Shown: one piece after another, positions 61,334-64,000 of the stretch | How positions within the stretch are numbered: position 1 is the first letter of the stretch | How the letters are laid out: every line of letters begins with the position of its first letter | Assembly: GCA_004764695.1 (NCBI GenBank) | Contig: SMSO01000014.1 | Span: 5,942,029-6,006,028 of the forward strand | Length of the DNA: 64,000 nucleotides | Reading direction: 5' to 3' | From: Schizochytrium sp. TIO01 | Lineage: Eukaryota > Protista > Bigyra: Labyrinthulomycetes | The notes under the pieces: model-generated | Database searches by the model: none | What the model saw: only the letters and a program-made list of their open reading frames with translations | What the model was told of the DNA's origin: nothing | Translations under genes and position numbers: made by a program

Positions 61334-63652
61334 TCATAAATTATTTTCTGTTCCTGCACCAGGTCTTTGTTGGTCAGGCTCTGGTGCTGTTTTGCTGTTC
61401 TCTTGTACTACTGGTTCTTGCTCTTCATTCCCCTCATCAGTATCTAATTTACTTTCTTTTGGCAATTCGCTTTGATTACTTTGAGATGTATCCTTTGGAG
61501 TTCCCAAAGTCCTGTATACGAATTGCTCAATGACATTTCGCAAAGCAATATTTGGCACAAGTTGTGTCGATTGTAAAGGCTCTCCAGTCAAGGGAGCACT
61601 TGTGTTTCCTTTAGCAAACCAGTCTTGAATTGCTTTGCGTTCATACGTTTGACCATCTACCGTGAATACAGGGTCCGTCATAATTTGTGAGGAGAGGGGA
61701 CAAATGAAAGCGTCAATGTTTTCAGAAAAACGTTCCGCAGCATCCCGAATAGATGCCTGTTTAGCCTGGGACAGAGTTACACGCTCCACATCCTGTCGTA
61801 GAGGTGCTGTAGCCGCTTCGTCTTGCCCTTCTCGGGCTCGCTGCTGGGCGCTTTTTACCTCTTCCACAGGATTTGGGCGCTCGTGTGAACATACTTGGCA
61901 GTTCTCAAATTTGCCAGGATTCTCAAGCCTACATTGAGGACATTCCCACGAGGCGGAGAATCCATGCATGTTAGAAGGTTGCCCTCTTACGCCCGCAGAT
62001 CCGTACAAGTAGGTCCATGGCATCGGAGGAGAACTCGGCGTCTGATTATTGTTACTTCCGATTTGTTCGTTACTTGATAGAACGCTTGGAGGGGGTAGCG
62101 GGGGTCGACCCGAGCGCACAGGCGAAGATTGTTGCGCCGCAGACGCCGCAGTATTTTCAGGCACAAGCTTAGTTGAAGAAGAAGATGATGATGATGACGA
62201 TGAAGAAGATGATGATGCGTTCTGACCAGCAAAGTCCTCTCCACAATCTGTGGCCTCGTCTGTTTCACGGCGTGATGGAGGCGCAGATGACCCCGAGCCC
62301 AACGAGGTCGTTTGTCGCACTGAATCCAAGTCACTAGAGACAGTCACAGGAGCAACATAGACATCATCTGGTAAAGGCGGCGCTGATGCATTTGTGTGTC
62401 CATGTTGTATAGATTCGTCAACAGCAACAGCAAAGGGGATATCATTGTCATCGTAACGGCCAGAACGAGAGGACGATGCTCCACCAGAGCTTGAGTTTGA
62501 AGAGTGGTGCGCAAGCACACTTGCAGCTTGTACAGCGCGTCCGACACTACGAATGCTTTGTGAGCTAGGTCCCTGTAACGTGTTATGATCACTTGTACCG
62601 AGACGCGTATTTGGCTCTGGAGATGTACGGATATGCCTCTGCAAAACCTCCAAGGCCTTGAGTATGAGGCTACGGTCCACGGAGCCAAAACGCAGAATTG
62701 TCCGGTCGCGCACAGCAAGACGTTTCCGAGTCATACGAAAAGATTCCACAATACGTGGTCGGGAAATATAAACTGGGTCAACATACTCGACAGCTTCAGG
62801 CATGAGAGAAACAGTAAGCACGTACATGCCACTTTCTTCTTCAAGGGTAACAGAACTTTGTTTGAGATCAAATACAACTTCAGGAACAGTACAATTGTGA
62901 TCACCGTAAATGGTGATGCAATTGTATACAGTGCGTTGGCGTGGTGGAACAATGAGAACTTGTCCACACTGGCAAGTGACATAGGGGCGGTCAGAGGTTT
63001 GCTTATCTTGTAATTTAAGACAGCGAGGACACTTGAGACGCATATGTCGCGCCATCATTTTGCTTCCTTGGAGCTTACAAAATACAACATGGCGTTGCAA
63101 CCATTTGCTGCCGTATTGCTTATGAAGAGTTTGACGGAAGTCGTCGCCGAGCATAGTTCCCATACGAAGTTGCAAGGAAGTGAAGCTCTCTACGTTGAGT
63201 TGGCCAACGAAATCACACACTTTAGCTTCCAATTGCCGCAAGATAAAGGTACGTCCGAGAAGTTGAGACATCTGAATAGGGTTTTGGCCACGGTAGTCGC
63301 GGACAAGCGGGTCTGCGCCATGTTGTAAGAGCATGGAAATAAGGTCTGCAGCTTTGCGATCTGACTTACAGGCCACTGCAGCGTGAAGCGGAGACCATCC
63401 AGTCTTGGTATTTTGCACGCCTACCGAGGCTCCAATCTGCAGTAAGAATTGCACATTCGCAATTCTTTGCGCCCTGATGGCCACTAGCAATAGAGTACGC
63501 CCAGATGTGTCTCGAGCCTCGAGTAGCGCTTTCAAGCGCTCTTGGCTCAAGCTGTGGTCGTTTAGAAGTTTGCGAAGTTTGTCATGACCTTGGTTTTGCG
63601 CTACAAGTTCGAAGGCAGTAGTCTCTGGATTTGCGCTGGAGGTGTTGCCCAT
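61334..63652 (-). CDS. Ankyrin-repeat / RanBP2-type zinc finger / U-box E3 ubiquitin ligase, XBAT34/35-like, 772 aa
   Basis: MGNTSS myristoylation-type start; ankyrins GRTLLLVAI, GWSPLHAAV and HGADP...GQNP; WECPQCRLEN....NCQVC; U-box FICPLSSQIMTDPV...DGQTYERKAIQDW....APLTGEPL....LVPNIALRNVI. Confidence 0.93.
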   Translation of the reverse strand: MGNTSSANPETTAFELVAQNQGHDKLRKLLNDHSLSQERLKALLEARDTSGRTLLLVAIRAQRIANVQFLLQIGASVGVQNTKTGWSPLHAAVACKSDRKAADLISMLLQHGADPLVRDYRGQNPIQMSQLLGRTFILRQLEAKVCDFVGQLNVESFTSLQLRMGTMLGDDFRQTLHKQYGSKWLQRHVVFCKLQGSKMMARHMRLKCPRCLKLQDKQTSDRPYVTCQCGQVLIVPPRQRTVYNCITIYGDHNCTVPEVVFDLKQSSVTLEEESGMYVLTVSLMPEAVEYVDPVYISRPRIVESFRMTRKRLAVRDRTILRFGSVDRSLILKALEVLQRHIRTSPEPNTRLGTSDHNTLQGPSSQSIRSVGRAVQAASVLAHHSSNSSSGGASSSRSGRYDDNDIPFAVAVDESIQHGHTNASAPPLPDDVYVAPVTVSSDLDSVRQTTSLGSGSSAPPSRRETDEATDCGEDFAGQNASSSSSSSSSSSSSSTKLVPENTAASAAQQSSPVRSGRPPLPPPSVLSSNEQIGSNNNQTPSSPPMPWTYLYGSAGVRGQPSNMHGFSASWECPQCRLENPGKFENCQVCSHERPNPVEEVKSAQQRAREGQDEAATAPLRQDVERVTLSQAKQASIRDAAERFSENIDAFICPLSSQIMTDPVFTVDGQTYERKAIQDWFAKGNTSAPLTGEPLQSTQLVPNIALRNVIEQFVYRTLGTPKDTSQSNQSELPKESKLDTDEGNEEQEPVVQENSKTAPEPDQQRPGAGTENNL

Positions 63653-64000
63653 GCTTTGGAAGAGCTCCTAGTGCAGTCACAGCGATAGTACTAGCAACAA
63701 CGAGTTCAACGATAACTGCACAAGATGAAATGATTTCAAGCAAAAGTCTTGCTGATCAACACAACAACAGCAGTAGCAGCAGGGATGTGTCACTGCGGAT
63801 AGACAACAATAATTTAAAGATGTGTGGATATCCAGGGCGGGGTCTTCAGACTCCGTTCCCCAGATCCGGCTCGAAGTAACTCAGTGGTCTGACGAGAGAT
63901 CCCCGCGAGCGGCTCGCTTGGTCCCAATCAGCTGCTGCAGGGCGCCTGGTGCCGATGCCCTGAGCTGCCTGCAAGGGACCTGGGCTGCCTCCAGATCTCA

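Overview
Eukaryotic, intron-poor DNA. Gene style and microsatellite-rich spacers suggest a stramenopile protist, most likely a thraustochytrid/labyrinthulomycete (inference). There are three zones. (1) 1-12.5 kb, AT-rich: a cluster of four paralogous intronless 7-TM GPCR-like genes. Two are intact, one has a 1-bp frameshift, and one is cut in two by a 2,285-bp insertion (3241-5525). The insertion is flanked by TCGG direct repeats, has no terminal inverted repeats or recognisable transposase, and carries two divergent orphan ORFs. Canonical splice signals near its ends could remove it in frame. (2) 12.5-46.1 kb: a ~33.6-kb desert with no credible intact CDS, dense in microsatellites, containing islands that look like decayed coding sequence, and ending at an R2R3-type MYB gene with polyQ tracts. 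(3) 49.8-63.7 kb: a ~2,760-aa formin whose FH1 position holds ten WASHC3/CCDC53-like repeats (one extra base in a C-terminal 111-bp repeat array), head-to-head with a PX-domain sorting nexin, then an ankyrin/RanBP2-ZnF/U-box E3 ligase resembling plant XBAT34/35. No rRNA, credible tRNA or CRISPR array was seen. All family assignments come from motif recognition by eye; no searches were run.
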